Below, in pieces: positions 51,201 through 63,565 of a stretch of 64,000 nucleotides of DNA; position 1 is the first letter of the stretch, and the number at the start of each line of letters is the position of its first letter. Origin of the DNA: Harriotta raleighana. Lineage: Eukaryota. The position numbers were made by a program, and so were the translations under genes. Location of the stretch: NCBI GenBank assembly GCA_050575255.1, contig JBNZDD010013635.1, positions 592,947 through 656,946 on the forward strand. The letters are read 5' to 3'. Under the pieces are notes generated by a model, which did not search any database, had not been told where the DNA came from, and worked only from the letters and a program-made list of their open reading frames with translations.

Positions 51201-54200
51201 GATCTTTATCGCCTTGCCAAAAATAAAAATTCACTTCATAGTATATTCTGTGAAGCGCTTTGAGAAGTTTTAAAGGTATGATAAGGCGCTATATCAAATG
51301 CATGGATTATTATTATTATATTGTACAAATAACCAGCGTCTTGAGATGTCCTCCCAACTTGAAAGGCACCCTATAAACGTAATTTTGTTGTTGTTGTTTA
51401 GGGGGATGGTTTTGGACTTGTTTAAACTAATTTGTTGGGTTTTTGGAATGGCAAATTAATTTTTTTATTTCTCTTTTCTACGCCTATAATGGTGTCTTTG
51501 TTGTTTTGTATCTTACTTCAGCCTAGACTATCACCGAGCCAGGAAATGCATTTAATTTGTGTTTTGTGTTTAAACTATTTTTCAGGTATATAGTGTATAC
51601 GGCTGTGTGTAATTGGCTGCCGTGTTTCGCTCCCAAAATATACAATCAATTAACTTTCCAGTATATTCTGTGAAGCGCTTTGAGAAATCTCAATGGCATG
51701 ATAAGGCGCTATATCAAATGCAAGGATTATTATTATATTGTACGAATAAAAAGTGAGATTTTTTCTAAGAACTTGCTCCTTTAAGGCTATCTATTTTACA
51801 AGGTATTCTAAAGGTAAAAATGCTACTGACAACCAGTTAGGTTTCAGTGAGCTATATTTTTTCCAACAGCTGTTCCATATTGTTTCCCAGCTACAACATG
51901 TTCCTCCAATTTAAAGCCTTGATGACACAATTGGCATATATTGTACTGATGTTATATTTTGCTATTAGTGCTCTGGTGGCTGAGGCCCAAACGATACAAA
52001 TAGCCAGGCACTGTGGGACTTGTGTAATTATTCAGAGCTATGACTTCTAGTTCACTTAAGACTCCCATGGATTTATCATTTGGTACACATCAACGCTAGA
52101 TGATCCAGAAACCATCCGGATCCAAGATTCTGTGTTCTCCTGTCTTATAAAATGGTGTTTGTGTGTGATATTTATTAAAATACTAACTGAACTGCATTGT
52201 CTCCCTTTCAAGAATGCTTCATGAATCCTGACTGCTTTATAGTTCTGTGCTGGGGAACAAAGTGGATCAATCCACTCAAGTACCATACTGCAAGTTGTAT
52301 AATGTATCTTGTATCTAAAACGACAACAACAAAATTACATTTATAGAGCATTGGGAGAACGTCCCAAGGCACAGCTTTCAATAAAAGTAATTCATTCTGG
52401 CATTATAAATGATTCATATTTATTTAGAAATATTTCCCGAAAACCACTGCATTAGCATTTTATGAATGGATTAAGGGTGAGAATGGAGTGTAGGTTCCAG
52501 GCTTGTCTCAGTGGTTTGATAATGGATTCTGACACTATTAAATGTCTCTCTTCATGGGTTAAGAGTGAGGTAATGATTTATAAAAGGGCTTTGAGACTTC
52601 TAAACTAGATCAGTGCATTTCTCAAACATAGTAAAGTTTGCCTTTTTCCTAAATAGCACAATTTTGGTGTAATACATTATTTTCTAGTTCTCAAATTACT
52701 GTTCTCTTTTCCTGTTTCTAAGAAAAAAAATGAATGTTTGTCTGTTTGAGAGAAATTAACTCAGCATTTTTTTTGGTAGATTTCTGATGGTGAATCTCTT
52801 TTTAAACTCGTTTAGAAAACTTTCATTATTTTACATAATGATGAACTTCAATGAATAAAGCTTTTGACTTTGATTTTACCTTTCCAGGGTATTCCGATAA
52901 ACACAATATAAATTCTGTGTGCAACAATGTCATAAGGTTAATAATTTCAGGCTGCTCTGTATTGTCTGAAAGAATTTGGGGGCATAAATATTTCAAATTA
53001 AACCATGTTTTAAGAAAGTCAAATGATTCTATAAAGAGTTGAAAATACTAGGCTCTCACAGAGTCTTTTGAAATCAGTGCAGTCTTCCAAAGAGTTAAAA
53101 ATTTCAGTGTGACTCCATATAAGAACAAACCACCCCCTGATTTTGTCTTTAGGGAAGAGGTTATTTTGGATTAGCCCAGTTGTCGTTTCCAGATCTGTTG
53201 CATTGGCTTCTATGATTAAAGCATTTTGTATCATATTCTGAGACTAAAGGTGCCTTAAAGAGCTGCCACTGACAGTTAACGTCCAGAGGTGTATTATAAT
53301 TCATAATACAATGTATATAAACATTAAATACTTTTGTTTCAACAAATTCTTTGAAGAAAAATAAAGATGAAAAAGACCAAGACAAGGAAAAGAAAGTAAC
53401 CAAGGTTTATTTAGGTTAACTCTGTAAATATTATACTCTCTGGGTTTAAAAATAGTACTAACATAATCATCAGGTGTTCCTTTGAAATTATTGGGGAGCA
53501 AGAGTACTGAAAGCTGAATATACCTGATTAGGCAGCCTGGGAATGTTCTAGTCTGATGTTGGCCCCATCTCGCACTGGAATTGATCTCCTGGGTTAGATG
53601 TGCTGAGGTGATCTACATCATCCCCATCGCACTTCCTGATTAGGTCAATTGACAGACTGGAGATCCAGTCAGTGATCTTTTAATCTGTGTGGGTCAGTAT
53701 CACACTGGACATAAATGATCACTTAATGGGGCAGATTAATTTACATAGTAATTGCGTCTTGACTTGTTAAGTGTGCCATCTCCACTTACGGAAAGGTTAT
53801 CACTTTTGAAGTGACTGAGTGAAGCATCGGCAAGCACTGATTTGGGGCATCCCTTCTTTATCTCTCTGGTGTGCAATGTTACCTGTGATTAAGTGTACCA
53901 TAGAAGTAAAGGGAGAGAAGAATTCTGATTTTGTTGGGCGAAAACGACAGCATTGTTGTCTGGGATATTTCTTGGTTGACAGTGCACAAACAAGCCTGTG
54001 AACTGAATGCCTGTGTTTGCTCTGCACTGTGGGTCTTAAGCACTCCAGGATCTGATCATGCATAGGTCGGTGATGGAACTAACACCCTCCTTCCCCTCCT
54101 CCCTGAGTAGTTCAGTAATAAGACTCTTGATTCAGAAAAACGCTACCATCAGCCACTCAGTTAACACATGTGAAACTTGATGCATGCAAGAGGGAGAAGA

Positions 54201-57200
54201 GAATACTGGGGCATGGAAGAGGGAATTAGAAGGGTTGGAGACTCATGTGGAGTTTAAATATTGGTGCGGACTTGTTGGACTGAATGGCCTGTTTCCTTGC
54301 TGTAATGTAATCCTGTTTGTGGGTGGAACAATCACCAACAGAGTTGAATTGAGAGGTTTTGGTAAAATTGTTCATGTCAATCTAATTCGAACTCACCAAT
54401 TATGTTTGATGCCTTTACACCTTCACTGCCTTGCTCACTGGGGAAGGAAGAACAACTGGAAGTCTGACAGCTGTAGTTAATTTTCATTGTAATGATATCC
54501 CATACAAGTGAACACTGATGTTTCCCTGAGCTATTATAGTAAGTACTGTAACAGCTCAGTACAGGGTTTGATAACTGGAGATAAATGATTCATTGAAAAC
54601 CTTTTTGCATTTACGATTGCCTTTTAAGAACCAATGTTTCACATATTGGCTTCCGGTTACATGGAGGGGTGGCTCACTTTAGGAAGCACATATTAAGAAT
54701 CATATACAGGAGTTGAAGGTCGATGACTATTTTTGTTTGAACGCAGTACCAAAATAAACTTAATGTATCTTGACATAATACTCATTATAATTACTGGGAG
54801 AAAGCAGGCTCCTCTCTCAAAATCATTTTGAACATTGCAAGTAACTGATACGATGTGCTTGGCATTTGAAACACAGTTCACACTTTTTTTCTTTTGGAAA
54901 ACTAGCTTTGTTTTAATATTGCTGTTAAAGGGATTGTATTTAGTTGATTTATTCTGTTTAAAACCTTATGGAAAAAAAAACCCCGAGTGTGTGTATATTA
55001 ACTACCAGCACAGTTAAGTAGTTAAGAGGATTTTATAAATATTTTTGCCTTAATCTAATGCAGGAATTCGGTTTGCTGCCTTTACCCTGTGTCCATGGGC
55101 AAATTCAGTTCCAGTTATGGGCAGAATGTTACAACTGCTTTGTGTCGCTGTTGAGCTGTCACACCAACCTGATGTGTTTAGATGGTAATATTTACATTAA
55201 ATGATGAGGTACATGATATCCTGAATCTTATTTGGTTTACATAACGGGACCAGAGGTCTTTTCCAGTTAAAACAAGGTTGTAAGGACCAAATTTTATTTA
55301 TATTAACTGCACGGGTGGGGGGAAGGGGGCGGGGGTTGGAACTGGAGCAAAAATCAAGGACCCAAATGAAATGTGTTGGAACGTAAAATGATAACCACTG
55401 TAGTTAGCTGTGACATGTTGCACTGAATTATAAATCAGAAATCGCCTTTATCGCACTAACGCTATCAACTTTTTTTTACTTTGCTTTTATTCCCTCCCCC
55501 ACCATCATCCACCTCCTGCCTCCTTTAAACATTATGTCTTAATGCCCATGCAAAATGTGTGTGTGTGTGTGTGGAGGCTGTTTTTCCCAGAACACCAATT
55601 GCTGGTCATTAGTTTAGTGTTCAGACTCGATTGAATTTTGTTGTTGTTGAATTGTCTTGTGAAGCTGTCTAGCTGAGCTAACACCAGCAAATGGCACAAC
55701 CTCCATAAGAGGATGGGTTGGGTAAAATCAAGTCTTTTGACAAATCTTCACTATAAATGAGTTAGAATACTTTCTCTCCTGTTTATATACACTCTGCTCT
55801 GTTATCTCATTTGTGCCACAGTGTTGCAAACACATTAAAAGTGCATTGTAGTTGCAAATTCACAACACGCAGCTCACAGAAAATAGCCCTGATAGTTCTT
55901 GCTGTAGTGATTTTCAACATGAACTGTAATTACGGGGATGGGAGTTCACATGCGTGAACTGATGGAACCCAGCTGATTTTAATTGAGGGAAGTCAAGGCT
56001 TGACACAAACGTTGGGAAATGTGAATTGTGTAAGCTGACATCTCGAACATTAAGGATCAATTACACTCTCCTACACTAGACTATCTGCGCCATGACCCAT
56101 GACCTTATCAATGTAAGGTCAACGGCATTTTGATGGTAACTTGAACGTCTGATGGACTTGCCACTGACTTATCTGCACCACATTGCAAATCGACTGGACT
56201 CGAAACTGAACTGAGTCGCGACTCATGACATACAGTAGACAGTTGACATTGGATATATCTCCCAGGACACCTATCGGTGATGTACATATAATCTAGTGTC
56301 CCCCATATTATATTGTGTCCTTTTCTGGTTGGCGGGAAACATTACACTTTCAAAGCAAACAAAAGGATGATATTTTAGAAACCAAGATTTTTAAATTGGA
56401 ACCAGAATCCGTATCAGTTAAAATGTCGAGATTAGAATCAATAAATCATTTCTAATGAAGTCTGCACATGTGATCTGCATAAAAAAGGACACTCAATCCA
56501 CGACTGTGTGTGGGACATTGCTGTGTGCAATTGGCCGTCATGTTTCACCCACAAAATATACATGTCAAATTCACTTTACAGTATATTCCGTGAAGCGCTT
56601 TGACACGTCTCGAAGACATGATAAGGCGCTGTATCAAATGCCAGGATTATGATTATTATATCCAATAATGTCAGCTGTTAGAAAAGTTCAAAAGCTATTT
56701 TGTACTGTTGGTTACTAAGTTGGGATGCTGCTTCAGTGGGATGTTTCTATCTAAATGTTGTACTTTTTTTTCTTATGATACACTATTTCAAAATGTACAA
56801 TTTAAAAAATTTCCTCCCGTGTGAAAGAAAGCAATGGTAGAGATTTTGGAGATTTCAGTCGTCTCCCTGACCTGACATTGAAGATTAGGCGACACATGTT
56901 TAAAGGTTTTTTTTAAAAAGGAAAAGTTACAAAGCGTTTTCCATTATTTTTAAAAAGTAGCGGCTATAGCCAGTATTTCCTAGATTCCTTTCCCTCCCTC
57001 CAAAGGATGCATCACACACTCGGGCTTTTTTTTCCCAGCTAGATCTTGGGAGTCCTATTTATAAACCTGTTGGTACAAGTGCAAATCATGTAATGAATGC
57101 CTCCAAAGACAGCTGACAGCAACAAGCAAAGAGTGCACTGTTTAACCACAGCGCAAAGCAAGCCTTAAGGTCCTATCGTTTCGAACCTGTGCCTGCTGGA

Positions 57201-57318
57201 AAGATTTCAACCTCTTCTTGAAACGCGACGGCAGAACAAAATCACATCCCCGGGCCAGGAAAGCCAGTTCCCCTCGCAGGTCGGGGTCCCTCCGCAGAGA
57301 AGTGTCCTTGATCATCAT
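33127..57318 (-). CDS. PPP2R3A: PP2A regulatory subunit B'' alpha, PR72-type isoform (13 coding exons, 1551 nt, 516 aa)
   Basis: Exons join in frame: 57187-57318, 46278-46532, 45511-45614, 45247-45349, 41032-41106, 39884-39970, 38953-39109, 38262-38310, 37291-37380, 36861-37036, 36308-36426, 35421-35527, 33127-33223. PR72 N-terminus [42 protein letters not shown]; EF-hands DTDHDLFVD and [12 protein letters not shown]; adjacent to MSL2 as expected for the alpha paralogue. Confidence 0.95.
33690..33930 (-). mobile_element. Older, diverged SINE-like repeat (related copy near 37650-37760)
   Basis: Both sites share AACCCAGG.ACACT and CTGGCTGAGATCAG.TAATTCA blocks. Confidence 0.45.
34679..34982 (-). 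mobile_element. Near full-length tRNA-headed SINE
   Basis: Head, body and tail match 48395-48726. Confidence 0.85.
35421..35527 (-). CDS. PPP2R3A: PPP2R3A penultimate exon
   Basis: [36 protein letters not shown], 107 nt. Confidence 0.94.
35925..36123 (+). mobile_element. Retroelement 3' end with L2-like tail and (GTT)n
   Basis: GTGAAGCGCTCTGAGACACC...GCACTATATAAATTGAA(GTT)n; body differs from the main SINE. Confidence 0.55.
36308..36426 (-). CDS. PPP2R3A: PPP2R3A exon
   Basis: [39 protein letters not shown], 119 nt. Confidence 0.95.
36861..37036 (-). CDS. PPP2R3A: PPP2R3A exon (EF-hand)
   Basis: [28 protein letters not shown]...LDLVKPECE, 176 nt. Confidence 0.95.
37291..37380 (-). CDS. 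PPP2R3A: PPP2R3A exon
   Basis: [30 protein letters not shown], 90 nt. Confidence 0.95.
38262..38310 (-). CDS. PPP2R3A: PPP2R3A exon
   Basis: [17 protein letters not shown], 49 nt. Confidence 0.93.
38341..38775 (-). mobile_element. Two adjacent truncated SINE copies
   Basis: Tails at 38341 and about 38617 with the SINE body motif. Confidence 0.8.
38953..39109 (-). CDS. PPP2R3A: PPP2R3A exon (EF-hand)
   Basis: [52 protein letters not shown], 157 nt. Confidence 0.95.
39437..39736 (-). mobile_element. Full-length tRNA-headed SINE
   Basis: B box (GGATTCGAAC on the plus strand), A box, body and tail. Confidence 0.85.
39884..39970 (-). CDS. PPP2R3A: PPP2R3A exon
   Basis: [29 protein letters not shown], 87 nt. 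Confidence 0.95.
41032..41106 (-). CDS. PPP2R3A: PPP2R3A exon
   Basis: [25 protein letters not shown], 75 nt. Confidence 0.95.
42541..42918 (+). repeat. Tandem duplicate of about 190 bp around a single N (42739)
   Basis: Copies differ by one SNP and an 18-bp indel. Confidence 0.85.
44995..45228 (+). mobile_element. L2-clade LINE 3' fragment
   Basis: Translates [32 protein letters not shown], typical of the L2 ORF2 C-terminus, followed by the GGGACGTCCTCCTGATGTGAAAGG tail. Confidence 0.8.
45247..45349 (-). CDS. PPP2R3A: PPP2R3A exon
   Basis: [34 protein letters not shown], 103 nt. Confidence 0.94.
45511..45614 (-). CDS. PPP2R3A: PPP2R3A exon
   Basis: [35 protein letters not shown], 104 nt. 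Confidence 0.92.
45770..45932. mobile_element. Palindromic Penelope-like terminal repeat remnant
   Basis: Inverted arms of about 60 bp (45792-45852 and 45873-45932) containing GATGCTGCCTGACCCGCTGA, preceded by CTGCAGATGCTGGAAATC. Family assignment is from recalled chondrichthyan repeats. Confidence 0.6.
46278..46532 (-). CDS. PPP2R3A: PPP2R3A first shared exon
   Basis: [14 protein letters not shown]...[10 protein letters not shown]...[10 protein letters not shown], 255 nt. Confidence 0.93.
48395..48726 (-). mobile_element. Full-length, well-preserved tRNA-headed SINE
   Basis: A box TGGCTCAGTGG, B box GTTCGAATCC, body, L2-like tail, (TTA)5. Confidence 0.88.
51230..51737 (+). mobile_element. 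Cluster of SINE and L2 3' tails
   Basis: Tails ending near 51320, 51398 and 51737. Confidence 0.7.
54230..54312 (+). mobile_element. CR1-like LINE 3' end
   Basis: GGACTTGTTGGACTGAATGGCCTGTTTCCTTGCTGTAA resembles the CR1 3' terminal motif. Confidence 0.5.
56495..56660 (+). mobile_element. SINE 3' half
   Basis: Body and tail match the family. Confidence 0.8.
57187..57318 (-). CDS. PPP2R3A: PPP2R3A PR72-specific first coding exon
   Basis: 44 codons [10 protein letters not shown]...FQQAQ, donor CAG|GTTCGA; not in the supplied ORF track. Confidence 0.92.
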
Positions 57319-57722
57319 TTTGGAAAGCCTTGCTCAGCAAAGCCTGGCGAGTTGGCGAGTGAGTCTCCCTTTTTTTTATCCGCGATAAATATAGAACCGT
57401 AAGAAAGCACTCAGGGTCCCAGCTCACAGCAAGGAAAGAGAGTCGCTGCCTTCGGACGCCACACCGTTTGCTGTTGCCTCGCAGTCTGAGAGTGTCCGTG
57501 CATTGTACCTTTCCCGCTGAAGTCAAAATCCCATGCTGACTTTTCAAACTGTCCAATCCTCCAGCCTGTGGTTGGTTGGCTGGTAATTGCTCGCTCTGTT
57601 GTACCCGGGAACCCAACTTCTACTGGGCTCTGCTCTATTGGAAGCTTCACGACAATTGATCTGTCGAAGACGACGAATGGATTGTGGGAAAGGAAGAATC
57701 CGTTACTAGAGGAGCTATAGTT

Positions 57723-60700
57723 AGACGTGCTGCAGAAGCCACAGTATAATCAGCCCGTGATGACACTGTTTACACTAATAACCTTGTAATCTGAATGTGA
57801 GACGCAGGCTTCGGGAAATCATAAATCATACAATACTTTCCACAAAGAAAATAATCTTCCAAAACAGTGTGGGGATTGCGGGAGATTGGGGGGGCTGGAG
57901 TGTGGGGGGGGGTTGTGGGGATTAAAGCTGATCCTAACCAACTCCGCAGATACTTGAAGAACAGAACAACAGTATAAAATAATGGAGAAGTAAGATTAAT
58001 TTGCAGTAAAGTAGAAGAAGTTTATTGGAGCATTGACGAGGGCTCGGACAATCTTTTGTTGTACTTGGGAACAGAAATAAATGCGATTAAATCCGCACAT
58101 TTAATTTGACAATGGAATTTAATAGTTGATAGTTAACTCTGCAGGCGACTAATGTATTCCAACACACCCTGTCTTTATTCCACCACTCGTGCCCCCTTTT
58201 TGCTCCCCCTCGGCCTCGGCTTGATATATAAATAACTTCCACATTTGCTGTTGGCATAGTCAATCTCCTGACATTTCAGCCCCTACCGCTCTCCCAGATT
58301 ACTCCACCAACCAACAGCTGCTGTTATGGGGAATATCAAACATATCAAGATTCCTAAGCATCAACATGTTTGGCAATAGCTATGCCTGATCACCCACTTC
58401 TGCTTCTCTGAGCAAATTCACAACTCGCTCAGTGAATATATTTTATTCTCCCCCACCATCCTCTTCATAAACAACAACAACAAAATTACATTTATAGAGC
58501 ACCTTTCATGTTGGGAGGATGGATGTCCCAAGGTGCTGGAAACAGCCCCACAGATACAAATTCTGAAATTTCATTGCATGTGTTGCTTCTTTATCCAAGG
58601 ATACATTTCAAATTAATAGTTGACTGCCAGTCAATGCAATGCACACACTCCATTCAAAGGTTTTATTTAACGTTTGATTTTTAATGTGTTTGCCAATACA
58701 AATCTTGCTGAATAGATTGCAAGCCCCATAATTTATCACATGCCAGAGGTTATGTGACCTAGTTGACTCACACAATGTTCTAGCAGGGAGTTTAGTGCAG
58801 ATTCAATTCCAGAATTCAAAACTGCAGCATAAACTGTACAAACATTGATTTACACACTAGCACCAAAATTTGCTCAAGCAGCGAGTTCTGCTGGGGCAGT
58901 CATTGAGATAGAGTGTGCAAGCTCTCCAAGAAGCCATCCATGTTGTTGCAAGTTGTTATAGTTGTATATTTGTTGGGGTTGTTTATGGGGTTATCGTGAC
59001 TGAAAGTTTGGTAATTGTTGAACACTTGTCCACCAATATGTTTTATTAGATTACTGAATACATTTTTTTCACAACTTGTTGCACAGATTCCCCATACTTG
59101 TTCAAGGCTGTGTTCCTGAACTATTGGCTTAGAACTAATGTGGCTGGACGTAAACACCCTTTCACATCGGAGGAACATTATTGATGATGTTGGAAGCCTC
59201 TTAATTGCTCCAGTCTTTCGAGAGGTCATTTTCAATCTTAGAAAGATTTTCTTAGAAGGTGGTTCAGTCCATTTGATGCCAATAGATGGGGTGCAGCTCA
59301 TTTGATGCCAACTGAAGGGATAGAGTCTTGTAGCTCGTTGGTTAGAGCACTCATCTTACAAGCGAGAGACCTGGGTTTAATTCCGGGCAGGGTGAAACCT
59401 TGGATAAGTTTCCTTACTCCACATGCTGAATAAAAATCCCTCAAAAAAAATTGGTCCTTTCAATCCATGACTGTTTGTAGTACACTGCTGTTCACAATTG
59501 GCTGCTGCATTTCGCCCGTAAATATACAATCAATTCACTTTACAGTATATTCTGTGAAGTGCTTTGAGATATCCAGAAGATGAGAAAAGAGCTAATATCA
59601 AATGCAAGGATCATTATCTATTATTATGCATGTTTTCCAAGGATTGGCACAGGGTGCCACAGGGTGTGATTAAAGTGGGATGCCATCTTTCCTTTCCTTT
59701 CCAAGCACACTCAATGATTNTCAAATGCAAGGATCATTATCTATTATTATGCATGTTTTCCAAGGATTGGCACAGGNCTAATATCAAATGCAAGGATCAT
59801 TATCTATTATTATGCATGTTTTCCAAGGATTGGTTCAACTCCGTGCCACAGGGTGTGATTAAAGTGGGATGCCATCTTTCCTTTCCTTTCCAAGCACACT
59901 CAATGATTTATAGCAATCTCAAATGGGCTGACTTTACTCCCCGTTCCCTCCTCTCCCTAGTAGTGTCTTCAGCTGCTGCTCTGCCTACAGCTAACTCCCC
60001 ACAGACAAAGGTTTGAAACTGCCATGTCCTGATCTTGTAATGGATCACNGATCTTGTAATGGTTCATTGGTACATCAGAGCCTTTTCTTGGGGAGGCCAT
60101 TGGAGGACAGATAACTGATGGAAACTATTTGACTTCCATAACGTGATAAGCTGCTAAATCAAATGCAAAGATTATTATCATTAAATTGATTTTCATATAA
60201 TAATGGGAATAGTTGAAAGACAAGAAATAACTCAGCCCATGTAAGTTTTGAAAAGTGAACTTGCCTGTCCCTTTCTAAAACCTTAAAGTAAACCACTGCA
60301 TTCTTGAAGGGTTTTCAAGGCTGTGGAATATTCACTTTCCATAATTTGGGCACTGTTCGAAACTGCAATCTACAGAGAGTTCAGCTGTGAGGCAGTTTTT
60401 ACTGAAATAACATCACAAAATGGAGGTTTTCACCACAGTCATGTTTGAAATCATTAGGCAGCAGCTGTTGTGTTTATACTTAGAACAAAGGTTGCATATT
60501 ACAAATCAACTGGCTCAATTTTCTCTACCGTCCACATATAAGCAAGAAGTATTTAAGGAAGTCAAGAGCACTTCTGTATAGCTAAAAGTGACCCCCAGAG
60601 GGCAGAAGCAAACCTTCCTACAAGACTTGTTTGTTGGCATTGACTGTCAAAATCCTTTTATATCTAAATAATGCTATAAAAAATTGATATCTAAATAATA

Positions 60701-63565
60701 ATTATAACCCACAATAATAAAAATTGCTCTTTCAATCCACGNAGACGTGCTGCAGAAGCCACAGTATAATCAGCCCGTGATGACACTGTTTACACTAATA
60801 ACCTTGTAATCTGAATGTGAGACGCAGGCTTCGGGAAATCATAAATCATACAATACTTTCCACAAAGAAAATAATCTTCCAAAACAGTGTGGGGATTGCG
60901 GGAGATTGGGGGGGCTGGAGTGTGGGGGGGGGGGTGGTGGTTGTGGGGATTAAAGCTGATCCTAACCAACTCCGCAGATACTTGAAGAACAGAACAACAG
61001 TATAAAGTAATGGAGAAGTAAGATTAATTTGCAGTAAAGTAGAAGAAGTTTATTGGAGCATTGACGAGGGCTCGGACAATCTTTTGTTGTACTTGGGAAC
61101 AGAAATAAATGCGATTAAATCCGCACATTTAATTTGACAATGGAATTTAATAGTTGATAGTTAACTCTGCAGGCGACTAATGTATTCCAACACACCCTGT
61201 CTTTATTCCACCACTCGCGCCCCCCTTTTTGCTCCCCCTCGGCCTCGGCTTGATATATAAATAACTTCCACATTTGCTGTTGGCATAGTCAATCTCCTGA
61301 CATTTCAGCCCCTACCGCTCTCCCAGATTACTCCACCAACCAACAGCTGCTGTTATGGGGAATATCAAACATATCAAGATTCCTAAGCATCAACATGTTT
61401 GGCAATAGCTATGCCTGATCACCCACTTCTGCTTCTCTGAGCAAATTCACAACTCGCTCAGTGAATATATTTTATTCTCCCCCACCATCCTCTTCATAAA
61501 CAACAACAACAAAATTACATTTATAGAGCACCTTTCATGTTGGGAGGATGGATGTCCCAAGGTGCTGGAAACAGCCCCACAGATACAAATTCTGAAATTT
61601 CATTGCATGTGTTGCTTCTTTATCCAAGGATACATTTCAAATTAATAGTTGACTGCCAGTCAATGCAATGCACACACTCCATTCAAAGGTTTTATTTAAC
61701 GTTTGATTTTTAATGTGTTTGCCAATACAAATCTTGCTGAATAGATTGCAAGCCCCATAATTTATCACATGCCAGAGGTTATGTGACCTAGTTGACTCAC
61801 ACAATGTTCTAGCAGGGAGTTTAGTGCAGATTCAATTCCAGAATTCAAAACTGCAGCATAAACTGTACAAACATTGATTTACACACTAGCACCAAAATTT
61901 GCTCAAGCAGCGAGTTCTGCTGGGGCAGTCATTGAGATAGAGTGTGCAAGCTCTCCAAGAAGCCATCCATGTTGTTGCAAGTTGTTATAGTTGTATATTT
62001 GTTGGGGTTGTTTATGGGGTTATCGTGACTGAAAGTTTGGTAATTGTTGAACACTTGTCCACCAATATGTTTTATTAGATTACTGAATACATTTTTTTCA
62101 CAACTTGTTGCACAGATTCCCCATACTTGTTCAAGGCTGTGTTCCTGAACTATTGGCTTAGAACTAATGTGGCTGGACGTAAACACCCTTTCACATCGGA
62201 GGAACATTATTGATGATGTTGGAAGCCTCTTAATTGCTCCAGTCTTTCGAGAGGTCATTTTCAATCTTAGAAAGATTTTCTTAGAAGGTGGTTCAGCCCA
62301 TTTGATGCCAATAGATGGGGTGCAGCTCATTTGATGCCAACTGAAGGGATAGAGTCTTGTAGCTCGTTGGTTAGAGCACTCATCTTACAAGCGAGAGACC
62401 TGGGTTTAATTCCGGGCAGGGTGAAACCTTGGATAAGTTTCCTTACTCCACATGCTGAATAAAAATCCCTCAAAAAAAATTGGTCCTTTCAATCCATGAC
62501 TGTTTGTAGTACACTGCTGTTCACAATTGGCTGCTGCATTTCGCCCGTAAATATACAATCAATTCACTTTACAGTATATTCTGTGAAGTGCTTTGAGATA
62601 TCCAGAAGATGAGAAAAGAGCTAATATCAAATGCAAGGATCATTATCTATTATTATGCATGTTTTCCAAGGATTGGTTCAACTCCGTGCCACAGGGTGTG
62701 ATTAAAGTGGGATGCCATCTTTCCTTTCCTTTCCAAGCACACTCAATGATTTATAGCAATCTCAAATGGGCTGACTTTACTCCCCGTTCCCTCCTCTCCC
62801 CAGTAGTGTCTTCAGCTGCTGCTTTGCCTACAGCTAACTCCCTACAGACAAGGGTTTGAAACTGCCATGTCCTGATCTTGTAATGGTTCATTGGTACATC
62901 AGAGCCTTTTCTTGGGGAGGCCATTGGAGGACAGATAACTGATGGAAACTATTTGACTTCCATAACGTGATAAGCTGCTAAATCAAATGCAAAGATTATT
63001 ATCATTAAATTGATTTTCATATAATAATGGGAATAGTTGAAAGACAAGAAATAACTCAGCCCATGTAAGTTTTGAAAAGTGAACTTGCCTGTCCCTTTCT
63101 AAAACCTTAAAGTAAACCACTGCATTCTTGAAGGGTTTTCAAGGCTGTGGAATATTCACTTTCCATAATTTGGGCACTGTTCGAAACTGCAATCTACAGA
63201 GAGTTCAGCTGTGAGGCAGTTTTTACTGAAATAACATCACAAAATGGAGGTTTTCACCACAGTCATGTTTGAAATCATTAGGCAGCAGCTGTTGTGTTTA
63301 TACTTAGAACAAAGGTTGCATATTACAAATCAACTGGCTCAATTTTCTCTACCGTCCACATATAAGCAAGAAGTATTTAAGGAAGTCAAGAGCACTTCTG
63401 TATAGCTAAAAGTGACCCCCAGAGGGCAGAAGCAAACCTTCCTACAAGACTTGTTTGTTGGCATTGACTGTCAAAATCCTTTTATATCTAAATAATGCTA
63501 TAAAAAATTGATATCTAAATAATAATTATAACCCACAATAATAAAAATTGCTCTTTCAATCCACG
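57723..63565 (+). repeat. Near-identical tandem duplication of about 2.8-3.0 kb (57723-60741 and 60743-63565), probably an assembly or haplotype artefact
   Basis: Copies are joined by a single N at 60742 and differ by only a few SNPs and indels; a third partial copy starts after the N at 63844. Confidence 0.85.
59322..59625 (+). mobile_element. Full-length SINE (duplicated at about 62352-62655)
   Basis: TAGCTCGTTGG A box, degenerate B box, body and tail. Confidence 0.8.

Noticed and set aside
59564-60016. ORF with a thrice-repeated KCKDHYLLLCMFSKDW peptide
   Set aside because: Translation of a SINE tail repeated across N-joined assembly duplicates
61929-62330. Second copy of the 133-aa ORF as a paralogous gene
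   Set aside because: Lies within the probable artefactual duplication
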